A DNA stretch of 64,000 nucleotides, taken from the NCBI GenBank assembly GCA_010909165.1, contig MU008158.1, positions 1,141,478-1,205,477 on the forward strand, given 5' to 3'. The position numbers and the translations under genes are program-made. Positions 25,897 through 37,700 of the stretch are shown piece after piece. Position 1 is the first letter of the stretch; each line of letters opens with the position of its first letter. This DNA comes from Anthoceros angustus. Lineage: Eukaryota; Plantae; Anthocerotophyta. The notes beneath the pieces were generated by a model. The model was not told where the DNA came from. It did no database searches and saw only the letters and a program-made list of their open reading frames with translations.

Positions 25897-27092
25897 GAAG
25901 TCTGGTCCAGCGGATGAACCAGGTCTTGGAGCAGCGGGAGAATGCTGGAGCTGATCACGAGAACCGAACTCAGACTTTGGATACATTCCACATCCTGCTT
26001 CTGTCCTGACATGTTCCCCGCATCCCTGGCCTGCATTTTGTGGTGAAGAGCCGATATCAAAGGCAATGAACTTGAAAACCGATGCCCAGCAAGCATCCAT
26101 AACACATAAGATGCCAGCCACGTGACAAGAAGATAGGAGATGCCTGTTATCTGGCACGAGGAGCTTCCCACCGCTCTCAGCTCAACAACGTTGCGAGTCC
26201 CTGAAGATACTGCAAGAACCATCGTAGAGCGGGAAGAAGGTGGACGAAGGAGTGCTCCTGTGAAGGGATTGAAATCCCCATGCCTTGTGTCAGTGGAGCG
26301 AAAGTGGAGGTATCCATCTGCATTGTCCACTTTCGCCAACTCTCCAGCCGAAGGGTACGCCGTTCCTAGCACAGGGCAATCTTGGCCATCCTGTAGAAAC
26401 CACAATACTCCTGGGAAGGACACAATAGTGAGCAATCATTCGGCAGTGCTTGTCAAAACAGCATGCCTAAGGAAACCCTGCCTGCATGTTGGGGCATCAT
26501 AGTCAGGCTTCAGAAGGCGTCACGGCTCAAGATTCTAGGTGGCTCACCTGATACCCGAGGCCGGCTGCTGGCACACGGACACCGATGTTACAGCTGACCG
26601 CCCATATCCGCAACCTCGCTGAAAACATGACTCCACAGATCCTTCAATCTCTTGCCTGTTTTGCTTTTTTATACGTTCTGTGCTGTAGACTGCACACCGA
26701 TGGTCCCTTGCAACTGCAAACGTGGGATACGTGTTGGATGCTCGGTTTGCCAAGTGGATGCTGGCAGCTGAAATCTCTATACATACAATGCTTTCACAGC
26801 TAGATTCCAGGCAGCCCACCAGATATTTCTTTTGTTGCTAGGGCGTGCACGCTTGTGACTCCCATGTTGTCCATGCCTGAACTCTTTGTGATTTGATGGT
26901 GTATGTTTTTAAGAGCTTCACGGCTCCAGGGTGATGGGGTGATGGAGCCACTGGAAAGAAGTTAAGCTGCCAAACCCGTTTATAGGGTGTCCCCGGCCAG
27001 ACTGAAGGTTATGATAAACGCACAATCGCAGTCACGCAGGCGAAGATATTACGCGGATGGGGACTTCAAGCGCTCACGATGTGGGCGCTGCC

Positions 27093-28678
27093 ATGGAGTC
27101 GTTATCAGAAGAGGTGCGGGAGCTCTCTCTCGGCACTTCCGGAGAGGTGGAACGTGTGAGAGGTCCTCTACCTCCCCTGCAGTTTCTCAGGGATTATGTG
27201 ATGCCTGGTAAGCCATGCATCATCACTGACGCGATTGATCACTGGCCCGCTCTCCGATGCTGGTCCAACGAGTACCTCTCTGCTGTGCTGAGACACCAGA
27301 CTGTGAGCGTGCACTTCACACCTGATGGGCGGGCGGATGCTGTGGCGGATCCTGCCATCTTGCAACGACTGTATGGCTGCACGCTGGCTTCACTGGGTCC
27401 TGAGTCTGGTGAGGATGGCTTATTGGTGACGCTTGCCCTGGGTGTGGTGGGGTCTTGTCTACATTCTGAGACTACCTGTTTTGTTTCAGAAAAGATGGCA
27501 AATGCAGCTCTGCTTCATGGGAAGTGAGTGGAAACAGTGGACCGGCAGACATACTTGTGAAGGGTGAAAGAGATTTTATGCCAAACTCTAATCCAGGTCG
27601 CAGCAATTGCAATGACGGGCAAGATATTGCAGAAAAGAGACTTGGGTTTTTGTTCGTGACTGCACATGTCGAGCAATTGCCCTTTCCGGAAGCACTGGAG
27701 CTGATTACTCAGAACACGAGCAGCAAGGGCGTGGCATATGCCCAGCAGCAGGACGGATGTTTCTTGACAGAGTACGGGCTGTTGGCAAAAGATGCAGACG
27801 AGCATCTATCTTGGGCAACAGAAGCACTGGGTTGCGTGCCCGAGGCGGTTAACATGTGGATTGGCAATGAGAAGGCTGTGACATCTTTCCACAAGGACCA
27901 CTATGAGAATTTGTATGCGGTTGTGGCAGGAGAGAAACATTTCACTTTACTGCCTCCAACTGATGTGCATCGTCTGTATGTGGAAATGTATCCGGCTGCC
28001 CAATATTTGAGAGACAAGGTACAGTCGAGTGTTTCATCTTCAATTTGCTCAAACCCCTAATGCTTTGCCGCTACCTTCTGTCAGACACAGGAGCTCGTTG
28101 TTTCAGGATTCTGGAAATTTCTTCGTAGTTTGTGACCGAGAAGCTCCTGAAGTTCCCTGGGTGAGTGTGGATCCTTATCCACCAGCCTCTGCAATGTCTG
28201 AAGCCAGAGCCAAGTTTTCACGATACTTCCAGGGCCCATCTCCTTTCACGTGTACTGTGAAAGCAGGAGAGATCTTGTATCTGTGAGTCTGCCCCCTTTG
28301 GTTGAACCATTCAAGTGTGTGGTGTCCAGCAACATTCCGTGATCCCGAAGTATGAGGTGCCTCGCCTGCTTCTAAGTTCACACATCCCGGCTGGCCGTTA
28401 TGATTGCAGGCCAAGTTTGTGGTTTCATCACGTTAAACAGTCAGCCGATGCTGAAGGGAAAGCAGTTGCAATCAACTACTGTAAGTCCTGCGTCTTGGGC
28501 ACTGTCGAGAAACAACTTTAGGAAATATCTGGATGGTTGTTACGGTGACACGATGGCTCCTGGTTTTGCAGGGTACGATATGGAATTTGATGTTAAATAT
28601 GCCTACTTCAACTTCATCAATTCTTTGTGGGAGAAGACTGTGGAGGCAGTGAAGAATCCCACCTCTTGTTCACTTTAA
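27093..28678 (+). CDS. JMJD7: JmjC-domain hydroxylase, JMJD7 type (multi-exon)
   Basis: [76 protein letters not shown] introns. Confidence 0.92.
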
Positions 28679-28785
28679 CTTGGCTTTGAAATATGATGCT
28701 TTGCTCAAAATGAAATGGAGTTTGAGCAGATGTATCTTCCTGTCTTCAGACCAACTCTATTATTAATTGCCCCGTAGCTTGCCGT

Positions 28786-30591
28786 TCACACTGGATCTCC
28801 TCGATCCACGTTCAGAACCTCCTCCCACCTACGAAGTACATTCTCATTCCTTTACATCTCATTTGCCTCCGAACGGTTTAAGCACTCAAGCTTTGCTAAG
28901 GGGAGATCCCATGAAGTAACAAACTGTACCTCTTTCTGATAAGAATACGCAGCTGGGCTGACTTCGCTTCCTTCTCTCGACGTTGCTGTGAAAGTAAAAC
29001 TTTTGGTGAGAGCAGAGATTGTGGTCAGACCAACCGAAGCTCAAAACAGTAAGAGTCTGCCATGTAGGTCTGCACGAGTACAAACCAGAGATTGAAGTCG
29101 TTTATCGTCCAAGTATTTTAGCCAGCTCCTATACAGCTGGCTGGCTAGTGCTACCGATGCAAGAACAGTTGCCAGAATTAGGAAGAAGGCAAAGCTGCGC
29201 TGTGGAAAGCCCTGCAAGATGTCATCGAACAATCTCAACTCTGTCAGCGTAAGCTGAAGCCAGACTTAACTACATGTGAGGAGAAGTAGTAAAATGCAGT
29301 GGGTACCTGGACAAGAGGATGTGACAAACTGGATACCTCCAACTGTTGAGAAATGGTTGCCGAGGCTGCGGTTCGCTGTATTCTTGGCTTGGAAAACCAT
29401 TTCAAACAAAACCTTCGCGACCTCATATTTTGTGCCTCTATAGCCTGTCATCAATAAATCAGCTGCCTTTAAACAATTAACCAGACTGAAACAAACGAGA
29501 CCCTATGTAACAACGTCCCACAAAGCAGTGAAGGATCAAACCAGAAGACGAGCGTATGCCTCCCGAGATTGCCTTCCAAATATTCCAGTGGAAATTACAC
29601 CATTCTGCCTCTGCATGACAAGCAGCTGTCATCACATTGTCTGAGGAAAGGCAAAGCAATCCCTTACCGTAGTGATTACCTGCCACTCTTCGACCGCAGC
29701 TTGTGTTTGAAAACCAAAGTAACCAGTGCATCCATCGGAGGAACTGAAGTGTCCTGCAGAAAGGAGGACTTTGCTGAAACGCCTATGCAGCAAACAAGAG
29801 AGAAAACTGCCAATGAGAGCTCCATGTAGTCACGGACCTGTGGATTGCAGATACTGTTGCAACTGGCGTACATCCTCACCAGAGACCCCCTTCAAAAGAA
29901 CACGATCGCCAAAATCGTACAGCTTCTGCAGGGCACCTGTCCCTCGATTAGCTTCTTTCCTACTGTTAGAATGTTAAAAGCCTCCTTTCCTGCTATACAA
30001 CACAAGACCTCAGACCTTCCAGCGGAGGATTTACAGCACAAAAATCTCACAGCTTGCAGAGGATCATGCACTTCGCTGAACATAAGCGGCTGTTCCACTA
30101 GGCACCACCGCTCTCTGAGTAGGGAAAAACTTGCATGGTTCTGAGAATTCTCCATTTATTGCCTACCGGCAGCAGGAAAGCAAAGAGGAGGATAAGACAT
30201 ATCGAACAAGTACCCCGGCCCTTCGCAGCAAGTGTTTATCCAAATCTGAGAGCTGGTTTGCATTATTCCAATCTTCAGCAGCAATGAAAGGTGCGAAGTC
30301 CAATATCCGAGTACTGCTCGCAACTAATCCTGATCTTGGAAGGAATGTGGAAGGTGATAGCGCTCCCAGACTGACTCCAATTTCAGATGAGGACAACCTT
30401 GTGAACCTGTTCTTTCCTGCGTTCCAAGCTTGAGCTGGGCATCGCAACGAACAGAGAACCGTCCGACTAGCCAAATCCATGTCACCTGCAAGCTCCGGCA
30501 CACATTGCTCTGCTGAGCCTTTCCAAAAATTCACGCTGCAGCTCCGTAAGCTGCCCATCGCTGTTTGGCACGTTCCTCCAAGGCCGAGCAT
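28786..30591 (-). CDS. Peptidoglycan-binding-domain (PG_binding_1-like) protein with a transit-peptide-like N-terminus and one C-terminal TM helix
   Basis: Manually spliced exons give YDFGDRVLLKGVSGEDVRQLQQYLQSTGHFSSSDGCTGYFGFQTQAAVEEWQRQNGVISTGIFGRQSREAY, then the TM segment FAFFLILATVLASVALA and the tail QRREKEAKSAQLRILIRKRWEEVLNVDRGDPV*. The start codon is uncertain. Confidence 0.75.
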
Positions 30592-30882
30592 CACCCACTT
30601 GGGGATGGACAACGATCATTTCCTGCCGATCAGAAAATAGAAGCTCGCATCCCTGCAACTCAACCACGTCCGCAGGATCGAGGTTGCACATTGTCAGAAA
30701 GGCGGGACAAATCACCGAATGTCGTCTGCAACTGCTGCAATCACATCCTTAATGTCTGTGCATGATTGATTGCGTGCTATTTTCAGCTGTGTGTCCAATG
30801 GTCCATTCGGCTTAGTGCGATAAAGCCTAGATTAGGCGTTCATCGTGTTTTGGGTGTGGGCGGATAGACAGAGGCGGACAGG

Positions 30883-32680
30883 ATGCTGAGGGCTCGCGAG
30901 CAGGGGCTGCGATCCGCCCAGAAGTGTCTGCATTGGGCAAAAATCTGGTCGTCACGTGAGGGACATGCGGCACCTCTGCATAGGCCGATCTTCTGTCTAG
31001 CAGGCCGCAAAGGTGCAGGATGGGGCAACATTCCTCTAGGGTCCAGATGGAGCTGGCTGGAAATGGTAGTCCCAGCGCAGCAATCCAGCCTCTTCTCCTT
31101 GCAACAGTCCAGGGGAGCGAAAGTGAATGGATCAGAGGTCTGTGTGCATCCACGTCCAGTGAAGCAGAATATGATTCCTGTCCAATGCTGAAGTTAGTTA
31201 GAATCGTGTGCTTCGCAGGTGAGGGCAGGCCAAGTGATAGAGCGGAATGGTGGGTGGTTTCAGCTACTGGAATTTGAGACTTTGAGGCCTCCGTAGTGGA
31301 AATGCAATGTTTGACGAAGTTGGTTGTTATGCTTTGTTGTGCTCTCCGGCTCTTCTCATGGTGGCTTTCCCTTACTGATCCACTGAAGGTCGACTCTGCC
31401 AGGTTAGTGGTGTTTGTCGTTCTTGCCTCACTGTATGGGTGGTGTGCTTGTTGACTTAATGCTCATATGCAAACTGCCGGTCATGTAGGTCTTAAGAACA
31501 CAACATACACAGCAAGGACGTGGGGGAGCTGTGATTCAGGCAAGCACTATTCTTCAACTGGTCTGTGGTCAGGAATAGCGTGAGGCCATTATGAGTAACT
31601 AGGGTCATTCATGGAGCAGGCTGAAGTTCGAGATGTTCAGAGTGGCCTGAAGTCAACCGAGAGATTTCGCACAAGTGAAGCTATCGAAAGTGTGTGAAGC
31701 TACCCCTCCTCATTCGACAGAGTCGTAATAGTTGCCACATGAGTTTTTTTTTACTCTTGCATGCAAGAGCTTACTCATGATGAAGCAATTTTCGCAGGGG
31801 TCTTCGTAGAGGAGAAGAGCTTCACCTTTTTGTACGAGGAGGGAGGTTTAATCTTTCTTATGGAGTAAGCAACTGCCCATACGATTCTTCTGGCCGCGTT
31901 CCAGGAAAATTTGCATACGGTGTGTGCTTGTTGCCTTGCTGATTCTTGGGCACGTCTCCAGTCCCAAGACTTTTGAGCAGGTAGAGCTGTCCAAGGAACT
32001 GTTCGGTGGTCAAGCAGCATACCTGACCGGTAAGCTGTAAACAAATCCACCCTGCTTTTGTGGTGATTCCGCTTCTCAGCTCTTACCGTGGTTCACATAT
32101 TTGCCCCAGATGGTGTGGCTGTTTCTGTGCAGGAATATGATGGAAAGCCCCTTTCCGCAACAGTTCCCTCCAAGGTGACTTGCACCGTTGCTGAAGCTGA
32201 ACCATACTTCAAAGGCCAGACAGCAACACCCACGTATGTTCACGTAGCAACTCCCTCTGTCTGTTTACTACATTTGAAAGTCGATACTGGCCAGCTTTCC
32301 TTATGACGGTTCGAAATTTTGCCTTGTGCTGATCAGTTACAAAAAGGCGGTGCTTACAAATGGAGCGACAGTGATGGTGGGAGCATGTAGATAGAGTTAG
32401 AGTACTTCTTTTCGGTTGATTAGCTCAATACTAGTCAGCCAGGGTAGCTGACAACCGTTGGACTAAGTCTTGCCACTCGTGGTCTTTTGCAGGTGCCATC
32501 CTTTATTGTACAAGGAGATGAAATTGTTATCGATACCGCAACTAATTCATACATCACCAGGTGGGTATAAGATGTTGCTACTCGTCCTGCCATTGGTTGA
32601 TAGGCCCTCCGCAAGACTGGACTAAGCAAGTCTCTCGACAGAAGATTGACTTGTCTCATATCAACAGATCAAAAGAATGA
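30883..32680 (+). CDS. efp: Organellar (probably mitochondrial) translation elongation factor P
   Basis: QQSRGAKVNGSE, QHTQQGRGGAVIQ, RFRTSEAIE, PSKVTCTVAEAEPYFKGQTATP, VPSFIVQGDEIVIDT. Many short GT-AG introns. Confidence 0.9.
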
Positions 32681-33365
32681 GACGACAAGCTTGCCCCGGG
32701 ACTCCCATGACTGCTGTTCGGCACCGAAGTGCTTGCTTCCATCTAAAGCTTTCAACTACTAACAAAACTGCGTATAAATTTTGCCTATCCATGGGTGATG
32801 GGGAGCATATTAGGTCTCGGAAAGGCATGTGCACGGATGACTGAAGGATTTCACAGGTGCTCGTAAACTCGTGAGACAGTTGGTTGAAGAAACAGCCAGG
32901 AGCTTCCCTCAGTCCCCACTGAAGCTAGGACGAAAAGCTGGGTCAAACTTTAGCATCTCCTGTTGCCCCAACCTTTTCAATCCCCTTCGTTATGACATCG
33001 TGGGCGCTGTCTTTTGGAAGGGTTGTTTTCCAGGCGTTCCGGATGCAATACATGCTCAAAGATATGTGGAAATTGATTTAAACTCGACATGTTTTTTCAG
33101 CTGGCCAAGTGAGTGAGCAAGTGACTGGAGACAATCCCGCTTCGATGAATCGCCGTTCTTGACTGATGTTTACAGTCGTTACACTTGGTTTTATGCCATG
33201 AAGTAAAAGAATGAGCCAGGTCTGAAAGGTCTTTCTGTTGTTCAGGGATTGGCTCCCTGTGTCCCAGCGCCAAAACAGGCTGCCTGCGCAAGCTGTTTAG
33301 ATCATATAACGGCACGGAGTTTGTTAAAATTGCGTTCTCTCAATTCCTTTGATAATATTGCCTTC

Positions 33366-34181
33366 AGTAATACCCCCTTTTCAGAGAGGTGGGGCAGTCA
33401 CGCAGTTAGCAACAAAAACATTACCAGACACCCAACAAAAACATTACCAGACACCAGCACTAGGCCTCGAAGTAGCCCGCCGTCCTTCCACGGACGACTC
33501 AGCCAAGACGTCTCACTCATGGCCGGGTCACGTCCGGCCACTGTTTATTCCAAAGAAGAGTCAACAAGAATACATGAGAGATCGAGAGAGCTCCCCATCT
33601 TGCCTAAGCTAGAGCTTAGCCTCCCCGATCTCCTCCTCAACAGCTCTCCTCTAGCACGCTCACACTCTAGGCTCCCAAGGCCTCTAGGCATCACAGTCCT
33701 ATCCTCACAAGAGTGTAGCTCCCAAGTGCTAGGATCCTTCTAGACATGCTCACACTCTAGGCTCCCAAGGCCTCTAGGCACCATAGTCCTATCCTCACAA
33801 GAGTGTAGCTCCCAAGTGCTAGGATCCTTCTAGACATGCTCACACTCTAGGCTCCCAAGGCCTCTAGGCACCATAGTCCTATCCTCACAAGAGTGTAGCT
33901 CCCAAGTGCTAGGATCCTTCTAGACATGCTCACACTCTAGGCTCCCAAGGCCTCTAGGCATCAAAGTCCTATCCTCAAGAGTATAGCTCCCCATGCTAGG
34001 ATCACAAGATGCCTTTCTAGGGCTAGCCTCATCTCCTTTTATAGGGAGGCTTACAACATTTCTAAAGTAACTGCCTAAAGCAGACTTTCTTCCTTAAGCC
34101 CTAAGCTAAGTCTTACTACCACTATTTACAACTTACTAACTAGATCCAGGGCTGCATGCTTCTCATGCAAGGCTTGTTACT
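33366..34181 (-). mobile_element. 816-bp solo-LTR-like insertion with AGTAA...TTACT termini and 5-bp TSD CCTTC
   Basis: TSD at 33361-33365 and 34182-34186. Removing the insert and one TSD copy restores an exact minisatellite unit. TATA-like CTATAAAA on the minus strand (~34040) and a Gypsy-like end GGGGGTATTAC(T). Confidence 0.8.
33651..34003. repeat. 90-bp tandem repeat, ~3.9 copies, inside the solo LTR
   Basis: CACACTCTAGGCTCCCAAGG recurs at 33661, 33751, 33841 and 33931. Confidence 0.95.
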
Positions 34182-34364
34182 CCTTCTCTCAATTCATTTG
34201 ATAATATTGCGTACTCTCAATTCCTTTGATAATATTGCCTTCTCTCAATTCCTTTGATAATAATGCCTTCTCTCAATTCCTTTGATAATATTGCCGTCTC
34301 TCAATTCCTTTGATAATATTGCCTTCTCTCAATTCCTTTGACAATATTGCCTTCTCTCAATTCT
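34182..34364. repeat. 28-bp minisatellite TTCTCTCAATTCCTTTGATAATATTGCC, ~6.5 copies, plus one copy at ~33334-33365 left of the insertion
   Basis: Read directly. Head-to-tail units with no spacers. Confidence 0.95.
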
Positions 34365-34740
34365 TTTCTGATCAGGGTATCATACATCAACTTATAGTAC
34401 CTTAATGCTAGCTAGGTAGAAAATCACCAATTTATCACAAAGTCCTAGCTTACATCATTTGAGAGATATATCTTATTAGAGGTGAGCATTTATCATTTCT
34501 GTTTTAGCGACAGTATTTATCTATCACACCTTGGATACTAGTATAGGTACTCCATTATGCTAACCGCAGCAATTGTTTTTTTCGGAGGCAGCATTAATGG
34601 CCATCGGATATCGATTTGCAAGCGTCTAACAGCAGCCAGTGTCTATAACCAGAGACCTATGACTGCTTAGACGACAGGCAAGGCAACGTTCTATCCTTCT
34701 CTTCGTAACAATGAATCTCTTCACTGGGAGGATCTCTCCG

Positions 34741-37700
34741 TCAGACCTCACTGGCTCTCTTTATTGGAGAGTCTTGTGGAAAACAGGCCCGCTCAACACA
34801 CCTCACGACGGATGACTGAAGATCTGGAACTTGTACTGAAGGCTCAGCAGTGCCTCGGCAGAAAGGGCAACATCCCTGATCCAGGAGGGCAATGTCCCAC
34901 TCCTCTTGCTCAAAGAAATGGTTGCAGGAGGTGCACAGACTCACAGCGAGCAGGGGATCGACAAGGAAAAAATATCGGTGCTTTTGTGTGCTGGTACGAG
35001 GCTCCTGAACCAGAACCTGGCTCTTCTCCAGACGAGCGAGAGTAGCAGTCCCAACTTCGATTGTACCAGCCTTCTTGGAAGATGACAAAAGCAGCACATG
35101 TTGCCCCAACAACGGGTTCATCCCAGCAAGATCCTCTGAGCCCAGATTGTTGAGATACTTGGCTTGTATTCTTGAAGCTTGTAAATGTGTTGGAGGGCGA
35201 GATTGTATGAGCTGCAAAGCCTGCTTATGAGTCGTTCCTTCCTCTAGAACGAACTCCACCTGCAATCATGGCCAAGAGCATAAGAAACGCACCGGCAGCC
35301 ATCTTGTTCGATATATCAAGTAAGTTCAAGGTACACAACAACAACCAGAGGAAGTTGATCAAAAGTTGTGAACGATCTGAATATGGCTTGATTGCATCTG
35401 CTGCAAGAGATCTCGCTTTCTGATGTAACAGGTGGCATAGGAGCAGAGCAGTTGTAACAAAACGGAACGTCGTAACTTGATTTTGGGTCGTCAGGACGAG
35501 AAGCTTTTGCACGAGCAATTAAGGTAGCCACATCCAACTTCTCCACCCAATTCTTTGGAACCCTCAGGCTTCGCAGTTGTTCATATGCATGACTGGCTGC
35601 TTTATGACAACCTGCAATGTCTCAGCAGCATCTGGTCAGAGATGTTCGTCTAGGGGTCTTCAGGAGATGTGGAGTGAAGTTGTACACATCTTACCGAGCT
35701 CTTCCCCTTGCCTCGCCAGTGTCACAAGAGTGTTGACCAGTGACACACCCTTCGGTCGCATGCTCGACACTTGAGACACGAGGTAGCGTCCGATGTTGAA
35801 AAGGGTGTCTGGTCTGGTCGTTCTGAATGGTTCATTGATCGACTGATCAATGAACGAGTATGCATAATATATCTCCGCCAGCTTCTGCATGGACATGTAC
35901 TCATCAAGCTTATGCTGAGTATTGGCCTGGTCAATGCTCCCATTGCATAACGCTAGAATCTCTAGGGCCAGTTGCCAGGAGAGGTACGAAGCATCCTTGA
36001 AGCGTTTCTCCTTCACCTGCAGTAGCCATTGAAAGACGTTAGAACCTGTTGAAGAAAGTTTCTGGTTGCCGCACAGTCTACAGCGAGATTTACCAGCGAC
36101 ATCGTACCGCATTCTCAATAAGTTGATTTTGCAGTCGTTGAGACAAATCATGTCTACCATGTGCCCTGTAGACTGCTCTAGCATCATGAAACCGGTCACT
36201 CTTGATCAGCCACTCTGCATATGGCCGTGAGACATCCTCATCGATCTCAGGGTGTAGTTTTTTTACGGCAAAAGCATCTTCCCACTGGTGTAACTCCACG
36301 TGAAGGGAGAGAGTTGACCTGAATTCAGCATAAACGCATTCAGCATTTCTCCTGTGAATGTGCTATGCACGTTTCCGAATGTGGAGCTTGGCAGCAAGTT
36401 ATTGGCTCACACCTGTGGTCACCGAGCTTGTTATACGTTTCAAAAGCATGGGCATACTGCCCAGCCTGACGCATCAAAGACGCACACAAGTTCAGCTCAG
36501 ATATCCTTGTTTGGTCCAGCCTCCTTGCAACCTGCAGAATCCCAAAAACTGATCAGGGCTAGACAAGGTCTGATGAGCGAAGTGCAAAACACTCATGCAC
36601 ACGATAGACGGAAGCTACAACAACAGTTTGCACCTCGATAAGCTTCTTAGCTGGACCATGGTCCACAATTAAGGCAAGAGCTTTCTCAGGTTGACCAGCG
36701 ACTAGATACATGTCTGCCGCACTTTCATGATCCATGGTCTGTGCGGTCCACTCTGCTTGCTTTTGAATGATGTCTGTAACCCTGAATTTACTCGACACGT
36801 TTGTCTGCGCATCCTTCTGCGCCAACGCTTTGGCCTCGTCAAACATGCGTAGGTCTGAGAACATGTCCATGGCCTTATCTATCTGCCCTGCCTCAACATA
36901 TATCTTGGCTGCCTGATCAAAATTTCCCTGTGCCATGGTTGCAACAATGAGTGTCTACCTCCCATTGAGCCACAACCACCAGCATGGAATTATGATCATT
37001 CCAAGTACCTGGTATGCAAGAACACAAGCCAGAAGTGTTGCCTTTGGCATATTTGAACGTCCTTGATAGAGGCGATGGATTAGGCCCAGGAAACAGACAT
37101 CCTTGATGCGGACAAAGCTTGCACGAGCAACCTCCCAGTTTTGATTCTGTAAGGCTTCCAAAGCCAGGAGACGCCAATCAGCTTCTGTAACACCAAGACA
37201 TGCTACCCTGTAGGCTTGGTCAAACTGCTTCTGTTCCACGTAGTGACGCATGCTTGTCGATTGTGGAACTTCAATAGTCTATTCGACATCACACAACCCT
37301 GTGAATGAATCAGTGCATCATGATGTAGGTGCGTCCCCAAACCCCAGGAAATTGAATACGGTAGATCAAAACAAGACCTGCATGGACAGATGATGAAGGC
37401 AGAATATCTTCGAGCCCTGGAATCCAACAACATATCCTTGCAATTTCTGACGATGCACAGGGAAATCCGCAGTCTTGATGTTCAACATTCCACTACCAGA
37501 GTAGCACAGCATTGTTTCCATCTCTGTGTTCCAAGCAACCGAACTTGCTTGTTTGTCCTCAAAAACTATGTCGTTAGTCTGCAGCAAGCCTTTCCAACAG
37601 TTATGATAACAGAGAAAAAGACAAACCAGATCAATGACCAACTAGAACAGACTCGATGTGCCAGTACACTGCATGATAACTTTGATGGTATACAGTAATC

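Noticed and set aside
25893-26502. ORFs 25893-26435 (-) and 26140-26502 (+) as a third dirigent or a novel gene
   Set aside because: No recognisable motifs. The region lies between two divergent genes and is probably promoter or UTR.
28786-32680. Recent bacterial HGT of the PG-binding and EF-P genes
   Set aside because: Both have multiple spliceosomal introns and organelle-targeting leaders, so endosymbiotic origin is sufficient.
34182-34364. 28-bp repeat array as a CRISPR
   Set aside because: Units are head-to-tail with no spacers, there are no cas genes, and the context is eukaryotic.
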